From positions 291,849 through 355,848 of the forward strand of contig BCKQ01000003.1 in the NCBI GenBank assembly GCA_001600695.1: a stretch of DNA of 64,000 nucleotides. The letters are read 5' to 3'. This document shows, in pieces, positions 48,024-60,039 of this stretch. Both the position numbers and the translations under genes were made by a program. This DNA is from Ascoidea asiatica JCM 7603. Lineage: Eukaryota; Fungi; Ascomycota. Below the pieces are notes generated by a model, which saw only the letters and a program-made list of their open reading frames with translations, was not told where the DNA came from and did no database searches. Position 1 is the first letter of the stretch; each line of letters starts with the position of its first letter.

Positions 48024-51000
48024 ATGCTTAATTCAAGATATATATCACAGTTTTCTACAAATTCATTTCCACTAATATACAATAGTTCTTCACTTATTGT
48101 TTCAACAAAATTTTTAAAAAATTCAAGTTTATTTTTAGCTAAAAGATTAATAACAAAAAGAAGCTCTTTAAATAATGCAGAAATTTTTAGTTCTAAATTC
48201 AACAAAAATGAAAATAAATATAAAAAGCAATTACAGTCTTTTTCAAATAATAATTATTTTCAACAATCTGTAAATATCAACCCTGATTTATTCATAAATT
48301 CAAAATTAAATAATCATTTTAATGAAAATTTAAATACTAATATTTTAAATCAAAATAATAATAATAAATCTTTTAATGGTAATTCTTTAACTTTTAAACC
48401 TATTGAAATTCAGATACCTCAAGGAAATTTTTTCAAACCAAAAAAAGATTACATAAATCATAATAGAAAAAATACTTTTGAAGATCCTTTTGATAATTTA
48501 TCAGAAAATTCTTTGAATTCAAAATTAAAATCAAAATCAAAAATCATAAATATAAAACCGCAATCAAACCAATCAACTAAAGAATCTCCAAGAATTAATC
48601 CAGTTGGAATCCAATACCTCTCAAAAAATATTCGTAAACAATTATTTCCGAATGTTAAAATCTCCAATACTTCTTATGATTTACCTGATTCCCAAAAACA
48701 AAAAATTCATTTATCAAAAAAATATCTTGCAAAACATGATTTATTAAATAAACCAACTCAAATTACTGATCCAATTGATATTAAATTACCAAAACTTGAA
48801 GGTAACTCAATTGATCATCATTTTTCTAATATTGGTAATTATTTAAGTACTCCATATTTAGATAATATCAAAAAATTTTCAAAAATTAAAAATTTACCTG
48901 AAAAGCCAAAAACTTGGTTATTTAAATCTGGTTGGTATAAATATACTTATAATAAAGCATTGAAAAAATTCAATGAACCTGAATCTGTTAAATATCCTTT
49001 AGAAGATATTGTAGTATTTGATATTGAAAATATGTATAAAGTTTCTCCATATCCAATTATGGCCACTTGTGTATCTGAATTTGCTTGGTATGGCTGGGTA
49101 TCTCCATTTTTAACTTCTGAATCTGATTCAATGAATCATTTAATACCAATGAATACTAATGATAAAAAACTTAAAAAAGTTATAATTGGTCATAATGTAT
49201 CTTTTGATAGAGCAAGGATTAAAGAAGAATATAGCTTTAATCCTTCAAATACGTTTTTTTTAGATACAATGTCACTTCATGTTGCAATTAATGGTATATG
49301 TTCAAGACAAAGACCACTTTGGTTGAAATCTAATAAAGCAAAAAAACTAAAATCTGAAAATGATAGTGATGAAAACTCAATGAAAAATTTAACTTCAAAT
49401 CCAGAAATTGAAATATTTTCTGATTTACTTTCCAAAGAAACTATATCAGAATTTGAACAATTAGAAGAAGAAAATCCTTGGACAAATGTTTCTTCACCTA
49501 ATTCCTTAGCATATGTTGCTAAACTTCAATGTGGTTTAGATGTTGATAAATCTGATAGAGATTTACTTGCAACAACTAGTAAATCTGAATTAATTGAAAA
49601 TTTTCAAACACTCATGAGTTATTGCGGTAATGATGTATTTATAACTTACAAAATTTTTCAAAAAATTTTACCTGATTTTTTAGAAACTTGCCCTCATCCA
49701 ATATCATTTGCAGCATTAGGAGAACTTGGTCAATGCTTTTTACCAACAAATAAAAAAACTTGGGAAACTTATATCAATAATAGTGAAGAACTTTATTTAA
49801 AAGGAAAAAGAAAAATTGAAGAAAATCTTCATGAAGCTGCAAAATCTTTAGCCGAAAATTTAAAAGATAAACCAGAAATTTATAACAATGATCCATGGTT
49901 AAAACAATTAAATTGGACAATTTTTCCTGTTAAATATAATAAAAAAGGTGAACCTGTTAAAAGACAGAAATTACCAGGATATCCAGAATGGTATAGATCA
50001 TTATTTCCATCAAGTAAAAAACCAATAAATTTAACAATTAAAACAAGAATTACACCATTGATCTTAAAATTGAAATGGGAAGGGTATCCATTAATTTGGA
50101 CAGATGAATTTGGATGGATATTCAATGTACCAGAATCAGATGTTAAAAATATGATAGAAAATAATTATAAGAAAATTGATATTGAAGAATTAAATGATCA
50201 TGAAAAATATTTTGAGCCTGGATTTACTCTTTTTAAAGTACCGCATGAAAGTGGACCAGAACAAAGAACAACAACAGTTACAAGTAAATCATTTTTAAAA
50301 AGATTTGAACAAGGAATACTTTCAAGTGAATTTGATTATGCAAAAGATGCCCTTCAAATTAATGCAAATTCATCATACTGGGTTTCAAGTAGAGAAAGAA
50401 TTATGAATCAATATGTTGTTTATAATGAAAATAATATTGATTTTGGGTTAAAAAATTCAGATAAAGAAAATCCAGTTGGAATGATAATACCACAGCTTAG
50501 AGTTATGGGTACAGTTACTCGTAGAGCAAGTGAAAATACTTGGCTAACAGCATCTAATAGTAAAAAAACAAGAATTGGATCAGAACTTAAATCAAGAATT
50601 CAAGCACCAAAAGGATATTGTTTTGTTGGAGCAGATGTTGATTCAGAAGAATTATGGATTGCAAGTTTAGTTGGAGATTCAGTATTTAAAATGCATGGAG
50701 CAACACCAATTGGATGGATGACATTGGAAGGAACTAAAAAAGAAGGTACAGATTTACATTCAAGAACTGCAAAACTTCTTGGAATTTCTAGAGGAGATGC
50801 AAAAGTATTTAATTATGGTAGAATTTATGGAGCTGGTATAAAATTTACTCAAACTTTACTTAAACAACTTAATCCCAAGTTAACAGAAACAGAATGTAAT
50901 AAAATTTGTGATAATGTATTCAAAGAAACTAAAGGTGAACCAGAAAGAACTTTAGTTAAAAAATTATTACCAAATAATAAATTATGGGTTGGAGGATCCG

Positions 51001-51716
51001 AATCAGTATTATTCAATAGATTAGAAAGTATAGCAGAACAAGAATATCCTAGAACACCAATTCTTGGGGCAGGTGTAACATCAGCATTAACAAAAAGAAA
51101 TCTTAAAAAAAATTTATTTTTACCATCAAGAATAAATTGGGCAATTCAATCATCCGGAGTTGATTACTTACATTTATTAGTTACATCCATGAAATTTTTA
51201 ATTGAAAAATATAATCTTAAAGCCAGATTAGCAATAACAATTCATGATGAAATTAGATATCTTGTTGAAGAAGAAGATAAATATAGAACAGCTATGGCAT
51301 TACAAATTGCAAATATTTGGACAAGAGGATTATTCTGTGAACAACTCGGAATGGATGATATACCACAATCATGTGCATTTTTTTCAGCTGTTGATATAGA
51401 TTCAGTATTAAGAAAAGAAGTTGATATTGATTGTATTACACCATCAAATCCTATAGCAATACCAAATGGAGAATCAATTGATTTCAGAGAACTTTTAAAA
51501 AAAGAAAATCATGAATTAAAAAGAGGTAAAAGGATTAATTTTAAAAAATTTTCTTATAAACCAAGACCAAAAATTGTTGATAGTTTAGAAAAAAATTTAA
51601 CTTCAGAAATTCAAATGGATTTAATAAAAGCTCAAACTGCAGGAGAAATGAAAATAGCTAAAAAGTATTTAAGAAATGCAATTTCTTTAAAAAGACTTGA
51701 ACGATATAAAGCCTAA
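48024..51716 (+). CDS. MIP1: Mitochondrial DNA polymerase gamma
   Basis: Exo motifs FDIE and GHNVSFDRAR; pol motifs VGADVDSEELWIA, AKVFNYGRIYGAG, IHDEIRY. Confidence 0.98.
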   Translation: MLNSRYISQFSTNSFPLIYNSSSLIVSTKFLKNSSLFLAKRLITKRSSLNNAEIFSSKFNKNENKYKKQLQSFSNNNYFQQSVNINPDLFINSKLNNHFNENLNTNILNQNNNNKSFNGNSLTFKPIEIQIPQGNFFKPKKDYINHNRKNTFEDPFDNLSENSLNSKLKSKSKIINIKPQSNQSTKESPRINPVGIQYLSKNIRKQLFPNVKISNTSYDLPDSQKQKIHLSKKYLAKHDLLNKPTQITDPIDIKLPKLEGNSIDHHFSNIGNYLSTPYLDNIKKFSKIKNLPEKPKTWLFKSGWYKYTYNKALKKFNEPESVKYPLEDIVVFDIENMYKVSPYPIMATCVSEFAWYGWVSPFLTSESDSMNHLIPMNTNDKKLKKVIIGHNVSFDRARIKEEYSFNPSNTFFLDTMSLHVAINGICSRQRPLWLKSNKAKKLKSENDSDENSMKNLTSNPEIEIFSDLLSKETISEFEQLEEENPWTNVSSPNSLAYVAKLQCGLDVDKSDRDLLATTSKSELIENFQTLMSYCGNDVFITYKIFQKILPDFLETCPHPISFAALGELGQCFLPTNKKTWETYINNSEELYLKGKRKIEENLHEAAKSLAENLKDKPEIYNNDPWLKQLNWTIFPVKYNKKGEPVKRQKLPGYPEWYRSLFPSSKKPINLTIKTRITPLILKLKWEGYPLIWTDEFGWIFNVPESDVKNMIENNYKKIDIEELNDHEKYFEPGFTLFKVPHESGPEQRTTTVTSKSFLKRFEQGILSSEFDYAKDALQINANSSYWVSSRERIMNQYVVYNENNIDFGLKNSDKENPVGMIIPQLRVMGTVTRRASENTWLTASNSKKTRIGSELKSRIQAPKGYCFVGADVDSEELWIASLVGDSVFKMHGATPIGWMTLEGTKKEGTDLHSRTAKLLGISRGDAKVFNYGRIYGAGIKFTQTLLKQLNPKLTETECNKICDNVFKETKGEPERTLVKKLLPNNKLWVGGSESVLFNRLESIAEQEYPRTPILGAGVTSALTKRNLKKNLFLPSRINWAIQSSGVDYLHLLVTSMKFLIEKYNLKARLAITIHDEIRYLVEEEDKYRTAMALQIANIWTRGLFCEQLGMDDIPQSCAFFSAVDIDSVLRKEVDIDCITPSNPIAIPNGESIDFRELLKKENHELKRGKRINFKKFSYKPRPKIVDSLEKNLTSEIQMDLIKAQTAGEMKIAKKYLRNAISLKRLERYKA

Positions 51717-52461
51717 GATTTAATTTTTTGCTGAAATATTGATTTAATTGTAAAATTGTAAATAATAATAGAAATAAAAAAACTGCTTTTCTTAATGGAC
51801 AATATTATATCCCGATAAAATATTATAATGATAATAAATAACTGCAACTTTGGAAATATATAAAGTATATATCAGATTTCCTTTTCTTTTTTTTTTTGTC
51901 TTTTCTTTCTGTATATTAGTGTTTAAATATAAATATTCTTTGATGTAAACTTCTGAAATCAAATACTGCTGCTCTTCGAATTAGATCATATTCGTATTAA
52001 TAGCAAAGTATGCAAACTCGTTAATGAACTGTAAGAGCAACTTGAGACCAATAAAATGGGCCTCGGTTTGTCGTTTCTTTTACCTCATCCTGATGCAAAT
52101 ACTGATTTTGTTGTTAGTATTGCTGGTGATGTTTGCATTTGTATTTATTTGCATTGTTTGTAATATTCGAAGGCTGATTAATGCTTGGGGGAAAGTAAAT
52201 TGGCACCTGAATATTAGTTTTATTTTTTTCTTTAAAAAGAGCAATGTACTAAAGCAGTAACTCTAGTAATACTAGTTCCGACCATAAAACGTGATCTTAT
52301 TTAAATCTAACTTTTTTTCTTGTTTCGATTATTTCTGATTAAATTTAGGAAACTTTATCAAAACTGATGGATTGAAAAAATATTGAATTTGCAAATGATT
52401 GATCGATTAATGGAAAAAAAGAATCAATTAAGATTCTAATTTTATTTAACTGCCTTCGAAG

Positions 52462-55400
52462 ATGAAAGATTCTATAAAAGATATTGCACCAAAGATTATA
52501 GCTGGTATAGAGTTTGGTGCTCTTACCGCCAATCAGATTGTTCAACAATCTGAAGTTGAAATTGGTGGTGGTGATATGTTTGATCTTTCTCAGTTACCAC
52601 TTCGAGTTCCAAAAGGTCATGGTGTTTTAGATACAAAAATGGGTGTTGGTTCAAAGGGTCTTCAATGTACTACATGTCAAGGTAATATAACAACTTGTAA
52701 TGGACATTTTGGTCATATAAAACTTGCTTTACCATGTTTTCATATAGGATTTTTTAAACATATTATTCAAATTTTAAAAATTATATGTAAATCATGTTCA
52801 AGAGTTTTATTAGTTGATGATTCTAAACTTACTTATTTAAAAGAATTAAGAAAACCAAATATTGATAATTTAAAAAGAATGAATACAATGAAAAAAATTA
52901 TTAAAGAAGCTGAAAAACAAAGAAGATGTAAACATTGTGGTTGTCTTAATGGTGGTGTTAAAAAAGGTGCTACAGGTTCAAGTAATGCTGCTTTAAAAAT
53001 TATACATGATACTTTCAAATGGGTTGGTAAAAAAATTCCCGCTGAAAAAATAGAATGGGATCAAGATTTTAATCACTTATTTCAGTCAAATCCAGAATTA
53101 GAAAGATTTTTCAAAAGATCCGTTGATGATTTAAATCCATTAAGAGTTTTAAATTTATTCAAGCAAATCGTACCTGAAGAACTTGAATTATTAGGTTTAG
53201 ACCCGATTAAACATGGTCGTCCAGAAACTTATATATGGAGATATTTACCTTGTCCGCCAGCTTGTATTAGACCTTCTGTAGTTTTAATGGATTCTTCAAA
53301 TGAAGATGATCTTACAATAAAATTAAATGAAATTGTATTTTGTTCAAATTTAATTAGAGCAGGTTTAGAATCTGGTATACCAATAAATAAACTTCATGAA
53401 CAATGGGATTTTTTACAAGCTTCTGTTGCGATGTATATAAATTCTGATGTTGCAATTAATGCTATATCTCAAGGTCCTGGCTCAATGGCTAATAAACCAA
53501 AAGCTATAAGAGGGTTTTGTCAACGTTTGAAAGGTAAAAAAGGTAGATTTAGAGGTAATTTATCAGGTAAAAGAGTTGATTTTACTGCAAGAACTGTAAT
53601 TTCCCCAGATCCAAATTTATCAATTGAAGAAGTTGCTGTACCTGATAGAGTTGCTAAAATTTTAACTTATCCTGAAATGGTTAATGATATTAATAAAACT
53701 AAACTACAAAAACTTATAATAGCTGGTCCAAATGTTCATCCTGGTGCAAATTATATCGCAAAAAAATTTGAAGCAAATAAAAGAAATCTTAAATTTTCAA
53801 ATAGAGAAAAATTAGCTTCTGAATTAAGAAATGGTGATGTTGTTGAAAGACATATAAATGATGGTGATATTGTTCTTTTTAATCGTCAACCTTCTTTACA
53901 TCGTTTATCTATTCTTTCTCATTATGCTAAAATTAAGCCTTGGCGTACTTTTAGATTTAATGAATGTGTTTGTACTCCATATAATGCTGATTTTGATGGT
54001 GATGAAATGAATTTACATGTTCCACAAACTGAAGAAGCAAGAATTGAAGCAATAACTTTAATGGCTGTAAAAAATAATTTATTAACTCCAAAATCCGGAG
54101 AACCAATAATTGCTGCAACTCAAGATTTTATAACTGGTTCATATTTAATTTCTCATAAAGATTCTTTTTTTGATAGAGCTGAATTTACTCAGCTTCTTTC
54201 AATGATGTCTGATGCAAATTGTCAATTCGATATACCCCCCCCAACTATTGTTAAACCAAGATATTTATGGACAGGTAAACAAATTTTTTCATTATTAATA
54301 AAACCAAATTCAAAATCAAATATTCTAATAAATTTAGATGCAAAAAATAAAACTTTTGAAAAACCTTCAACTGAATATAGAAACGAAATGTCTCCAAATG
54401 ATGGTTATGTAATAATTCGTGGTTCTCAAGTTTTAAGTGGCGTTATGGATAAATCTGTTTTAGGTGATGGTAAAAAAAAATCTGTTTTTTATACTATATT
54501 AAGAGATTATGGCCCTGATGCTGCTGTTATTGCAATGAATAGAATGGCTAAAATGTGTGCTCGTTATCTTGGTAATAGAGGATTTTCTATTGGTATAAAT
54601 GATGTTATTCCTCCTATAAGTTTACAAGAACAAAAAGAAGCTTTAGTTAAAAAATCGTATAAACAATGTGATGATTTAATTACTTTATATAATCAAGGTA
54701 GATTAGAAACTCAAGCAGGTTGTAATGAAGAGCAGACATTAGAGGCTAAAATTTCTGGTATTTTATCAGATATTAGAAGTACTTTAGGTTCTGTATGTTC
54801 TAAAGTTTTATTAAAATCAAATGCTCCATTAATTATGGCTACTTGTGGTTCTAAAGGTTCTCCTGTAAATGTTGCTCAGATGGTAGCTGTTGTTGGTCAA
54901 CAAATTATTTCAGGTAATCGTGTTCCAGATGGTTTCCAAGATCGTACTTTACCTCATTTTTATAAAAATTCTAAAACGCCGCAGTCTAAAGGGTTTGTAA
55001 AAAATTCTTTCTTTTCTGGTCTTGATCCACCTGAATTTCTTTTTCACGCTATTTCTGGTAGAGAAGGTTTAGTTGATACTGCTGTTAAGACTGCTGAAAC
55101 CGGTTATATGTCAAGAAGGTTAATGAAATCCTTAGAAGATTTAAGTTGTCAATATGATGATACAGTAAGAAATTCATCTAATGGTATTGTTCAATTTAAG
55201 TTTGGGGGTGATGGTTTAGATCCATTAGATATGGAAGGTGATGCAAAACCTGTTGATTTTGAAAGAACTTGGGGTCATTGTTATACAACAACTTTTAATC
55301 ATGATGATCCGTGCATTTTACCTTATCAAGCTATTGAATTTGTTGAAGGTAAACTTCAAGTTTTAAGAAAGAAACTTATTCGTTATGATAATCTCGGTAA

Positions 55401-56811
55401 TGAAATAACTGATAAAGAAGATTTGGAAAAAGACGAATATGTAGATGCTCATGATGGAGAAAGAAATTTCTATAATTCTGTTGTTGATTACGTAAAATCA
55501 AAAAGTCTGGAATTAAGTAAAGCCAGAAGAAGAAAGGGACTTGAAGGATATTATGAAAATCCAATGATGGAAGTTCATGAATCTCTTTCTCCTTCTATCA
55601 AAAACTATATCAATAATTTTAACAAAATTTCTCTTGCTTTAGTTGAAGATTTTGTTACAGTTTGTTTGCAAAAATACCGTAAATCAAATATTGAGCCTGC
55701 AACTGCAGTTGGTGCTATTGCTGCTGAGTCTATTGGTGAACCAGGAACTCAAATGACTTTAAAAACTTTCCATTTTGCGGGTGTTGCTTCCATGAATATC
55801 ACTCTTGGTGTTCCTCGTATTAAGGAAATTATTAATGTTTCAAAAACTATTTCCACCCCAATTATTAAGGCAGCTTTAGTTAATAAAAAAGATGAAAGAG
55901 CTGCAAGAGTTGTAAAAGGTAGAGTTGAAAAAACCTTACTACATCATATAGGAGCTTATATTGAAGAAATGTATACTTCAACACAAATTTTCCTTAATAT
56001 AAAGATTGATCAAAAGACTATTTCAAAATTACAATTAGAATTAACTATTGAGAATATTGCAGACGCCATATCTAATGCTCCTAAACTTAAAATAAATAGT
56101 TCTGATGTTAGAGTTATGAGCGATAATACCATTAATGTTAATTTCTTTGATGATGAAGAAGAAAAGGCTTCAAAATCGGCTTCTGCTGCTAAGAAATATC
56201 ATGAATCTAATTTATTTTTCAGAATTCAACAATTAAGAAGAGAATTGCCGAATGTTCAAGTCAAAGGACTTCCCGAAGTACATAGAGCTGTTATAAGTAT
56301 TAATGAAAAATCTAAAGAAAATGAGCTTTTAATTGAAGGATATGGTTTAGGTGATGTAATGGCAATTGATGGTATAATAGGAGAGAAAACAAGAACTAAT
56401 CATGTTTTAGAAATGTTCAGTGTTTTAGGAATAGAAGCTGCTAGATCTAGTATCATATATGAAATTGATTATACTATGGGTAACCATGGTATGAGTGTTG
56501 ATCCTCGTCATATTCAATTATTGGGAGATGTCATGACATATAAAGGTGAGGTTCTTGGTATAACAAGAAATGGGTTAGCAAAAATGAGAGATTCTGTAAT
56601 GCAACTTGCTTCTTTTGAGAAAACTACTGACCATTTATTTGACGCTGCTTTTTACATGAAAAATGATGAAGTTAAAGGTGTTTCAGAATGTATTATTCTT
56701 GGGCAAACAATGCACGTAGGAACAGGTGCGTTTCAATTACTTTCTGCAAATACAGTATCCTCAGAAGAATTGGTTCCTAGACAATGTTTATTTGAAAGTC
56801 TCTGTGTGTGA
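52462..56811 (+). CDS. RPO31: RNA polymerase III largest subunit (RPC1/C160)
   Basis: NADFDGD; GEPGTQMTLKTFHFAGV; LASFEKTTDHLFDAA; no CTD heptads. Confidence 0.97.
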   Translation: MKDSIKDIAPKIIAGIEFGALTANQIVQQSEVEIGGGDMFDLSQLPLRVPKGHGVLDTKMGVGSKGLQCTTCQGNITTCNGHFGHIKLALPCFHIGFFKHIIQILKIICKSCSRVLLVDDSKLTYLKELRKPNIDNLKRMNTMKKIIKEAEKQRRCKHCGCLNGGVKKGATGSSNAALKIIHDTFKWVGKKIPAEKIEWDQDFNHLFQSNPELERFFKRSVDDLNPLRVLNLFKQIVPEELELLGLDPIKHGRPETYIWRYLPCPPACIRPSVVLMDSSNEDDLTIKLNEIVFCSNLIRAGLESGIPINKLHEQWDFLQASVAMYINSDVAINAISQGPGSMANKPKAIRGFCQRLKGKKGRFRGNLSGKRVDFTARTVISPDPNLSIEEVAVPDRVAKILTYPEMVNDINKTKLQKLIIAGPNVHPGANYIAKKFEANKRNLKFSNREKLASELRNGDVVERHINDGDIVLFNRQPSLHRLSILSHYAKIKPWRTFRFNECVCTPYNADFDGDEMNLHVPQTEEARIEAITLMAVKNNLLTPKSGEPIIAATQDFITGSYLISHKDSFFDRAEFTQLLSMMSDANCQFDIPPPTIVKPRYLWTGKQIFSLLIKPNSKSNILINLDAKNKTFEKPSTEYRNEMSPNDGYVIIRGSQVLSGVMDKSVLGDGKKKSVFYTILRDYGPDAAVIAMNRMAKMCARYLGNRGFSIGINDVIPPISLQEQKEALVKKSYKQCDDLITLYNQGRLETQAGCNEEQTLEAKISGILSDIRSTLGSVCSKVLLKSNAPLIMATCGSKGSPVNVAQMVAVVGQQIISGNRVPDGFQDRTLPHFYKNSKTPQSKGFVKNSFFSGLDPPEFLFHAISGREGLVDTAVKTAETGYMSRRLMKSLEDLSCQYDDTVRNSSNGIVQFKFGGDGLDPLDMEGDAKPVDFERTWGHCYTTTFNHDDPCILPYQAIEFVEGKLQVLRKKLIRYDNLGNEITDKEDLEKDEYVDAHDGERNFYNSVVDYVKSKSLELSKARRRKGLEGYYENPMMEVHESLSPSIKNYINNFNKISLALVEDFVTVCLQKYRKSNIEPATAVGAIAAESIGEPGTQMTLKTFHFAGVASMNITLGVPRIKEIINVSKTISTPIIKAALVNKKDERAARVVKGRVEKTLLHHIGAYIEEMYTSTQIFLNIKIDQKTISKLQLELTIENIADAISNAPKLKINSSDVRVMSDNTINVNFFDDEEEKASKSASAAKKYHESNLFFRIQQLRRELPNVQVKGLPEVHRAVISINEKSKENELLIEGYGLGDVMAIDGIIGEKTRTNHVLEMFSVLGIEAARSSIIYEIDYTMGNHGMSVDPRHIQLLGDVMTYKGEVLGITRNGLAKMRDSVMQLASFEKTTDHLFDAAFYMKNDEVKGVSECIILGQTMHVGTGAFQLLSANTVSSEELVPRQCLFESLCV

Positions 56812-57126
56812 CGATATAAGTTCAATTACAGATATTTTATCCTTATTTTCTTCTCATGTTTTTATATTTTATGAAATTAGTTATTGTTTTTTTTTTTTGG
56901 AGATATTTACTTTTATAGATAAGTTACAGTTGAATCAACTTTACAATTATACTCAAAATTATTTATAAAAATTGTCGTTTATTGTAGTTGAAATGCTTCT
57001 CTTAGAAAAACCCTTGTAAAAATTATATCGTGAAATTTTATAAAAATGAGAATCAGTAATAATACATGCAATAGAAAACTAAAAAAAACAAAAAAAAATA
57101 TCATTAATTGCTTTTATCTAGGATGC

Positions 57127-59261
57127 TTAAGCCCCAGAAGACCCAAATTTCAGAGCCCATTCTTCAAATTTTTTTAACCCTTCTTCTGAAACACTTGGCC
57201 TAATATAATTTAAACTTTTCTGAAAATCTATTAAAGACATTGACCTTATATCTTCTTTTTGGGTAAATAGTAATTGATCCCCAAGTTCCCTTAGAGGTCC
57301 CATTGCAGCATCCTTAGTCAAAGCCGTTATATCACTTCCTGAAAATCCATTAGTCAAATCAACTAAATTATCCAAATCCAGATCAGATAAATTATTTTTT
57401 TGATTTGAAATCAACTTTGAGAATTGAACTTTTCTTGTATGTCCTTCAGGTAAAGGAATATATTGTCTTCTAACGAACCTTCTTCTTGCTGCTTCATCGA
57501 TGGCCCAAGGCAAGTTTGTGGCAGCCAAAACTAAAACTCTTTGAAGATCATTTCCACGATCAACGCCAGCTGCTGCATGAGTCAAGTCACTCCATTGAAT
57601 TAAGAATTCGTTTTTGATTCTTCTAGATGCTTCATGTTCACCGGAATCACTTCTAGAAGATAATAAAGAATCTATTTCATCAACGAATATTATAGAAGGA
57701 GCTAATTTTTTAGCTAATAAAAACAATGCTCTAACCAATTTTTCACTTTCACCTAAAAATTTTGAGGTTAAAGAAGAGGCTGATATTGAAAAAAAAGTTG
57801 ATTTTGATTCAGTTGCAACTGCTCTTGCTAACATTGTTTTACCAGTACCTGGTGGACCGAATAAAAGCATACCTCTTGCAGGCTCTCTTAAACCAGAAAA
57901 TAAATCTGGTCTTAAAAACGGATAGACAACGGTTTCCTTCAAAGAATTTTTAGCTGTTTCTAGTCCAGCTATATCACTCCAATGAACTTCATCACCGTGT
58001 ACGACAATTTCATTTAAAATTTGTTTTGCAGCATTTTTATCAATCCCTTTTAGAGAATCAATTAAAATATCTTCTTCCTCTTCTTTTGTTAATGGTTTGG
58101 TACTTTTTGAATTTAAGTTCTCTTGATTTTCCGAAATTTTTGAATATCTAGAATCTTTTAAATGATTATTATCCCTTGATGTTTTAGAAATTTTAGAACC
58201 TTTTGAAATTTTAGAAATTTTTGAAACTTTTGAATATTGTGAATGTAAGGATTCATCAGATTCATCCGAATCTAAAATTTCACTTTCTTTAACAGGTTTT
58301 GAATTCGAATTAGAATTTGAATTTAAATTTATATCTTTTAAGGAAGGATCTTCTAAAGAGTTCATGTCACTAATTTGCGAAAAATTATTGAATAATTTAT
58401 CATTTGTTGAATTTGATTTTTGTTTTGGTATAAATTTAGTTTGATTATTTATTGATTTATTTGATTTATTAGATTTATTTGATTTTATTGTATTATTATT
58501 TGGTTTATATTTTAATGATTCATAATTACTCTTTGGAATTTTTGGAGATAATACATTTGATTTTTTAGTAAGTTTATTACTACCATTATTATTATTATTG
58601 CTATTATTATTGGAAATCTCAGATAAAGTGGAAGGTAACTTTAAAGAATTGAAATTTTTTGTAGATTTTGAAGCTTTTGAAGTTTTTAAAGGTTTTGAGG
58701 ACTTTAAAGGTTTTAAGTTTAAATTTGATTTTGAAGATAGCTTTGAGGTTGAATTTGGAGCAGATTTTGGAATTGTTAATTTTGCGTTTTGATTTTGATT
58801 TTGATTTTGATTTTGGTTGTTGTTATTTATATTTAAACTTGAAGAAGAATTAGAAGAATTAGAATAAGAATTGAAAATAGGGGGTATTGAAAGATTATTA
58901 GAATTTATATTAGAATTTATATTAGAATTTATATTAGAATTTATATTTGAATTAATTGAAGGAGAAGAATAGTGCCTTGGAGGAATTGGTGGTGGTGGTG
59001 AATGTGAATAATTTGATTTTGAGAAATTTGAAGATTGTTTTAATTTTTTTGAAGGAGAAATTACTGGATATAAATTTGAGTTTAAATCATTTTCTGAAGA
59101 ATATAAATCAATTAAATCATTTGATTTACTAAAGTCATTATTATTGTTGTTGTAATTTTTATTATTGAAACTATTCAATCTTGAATTTGATTTGATTTGA
59201 GAATCATTTAAATCATTTGATTCATTCCAAATTATATTTGCAGCAGTTTTTGAAATTGAGA

Positions 59262-59304
<43 letters not shown>

Positions 59305-60039
59305 ATTACTTAAATTATCAAAGGATAAATTATTTGGAACGGTATTTGAGAATTTATTATGGGTATTTATTTGATTATTATTTGATATATTATTATTTGG
59401 AATATTAATTGTTGAATTTGAATGTGTTGAATTATGAATATTATTTGTAGAATGAAAATTATTTGAATTATGAGTTAATCTTTGAGGTCTTAAAGTTTTC
59501 AACATTGATTTTGATTTTGAATTTGAATTTAAATTTGAATTTTGATTATAAGAAGGTGAATTTGGATTTGAATTTGATTTACGTAAATTATCTAAAGGAT
59601 TACTTGGATTATTTAAGTTAAATAATTTATTTGATTTCACTCTATTACTATTGTTGTTATTACTGGTGATATTATTATTATTATTGTTGTTGTTGTTGTT
59701 GTTGATATTAATATTTACATTATTATTTAGTAAATAATTTTGTAAGAAATTTAAATTATCTATTGAGATTTGATTTAAATTATTAATTTTTGATATTAAT
59801 AAATTTTCATCATTTGTGAAATTTAAAGAATTATGATTTTTATAAATTAAATCTAAATTAAATAAAATATTTGTATGTAAAGTTTTCCAACCTTGAAAAG
59901 ATTTTTTAAAATTATTTAAATTTTTTGTATTTGATTGTAAATTATAATTTTCTATTGATAATTTTTTACAATCATTAAATAAAATTTGTAAAGTATTTAA
60001 AGGTTCTGGAGGCTTTTTTTTCCTTAAAGTTGTTAACAT
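57127..60039 (-). CDS. Meiotic-clade AAA ATPase (Yta6/Sap1, spastin-like)
   Basis: [10 protein letters not shown]; [13 protein letters not shown]; IIFVDEIDS; [17 protein letters not shown]; very Asn-rich N-half. Confidence 0.92.

Noticed and set aside
55507-55509. In-frame CTG in RPO31 as a test of CUG reassignment
   Set aside because: Falls at a variable position; too few CTG codons were noticed to infer the genetic code.
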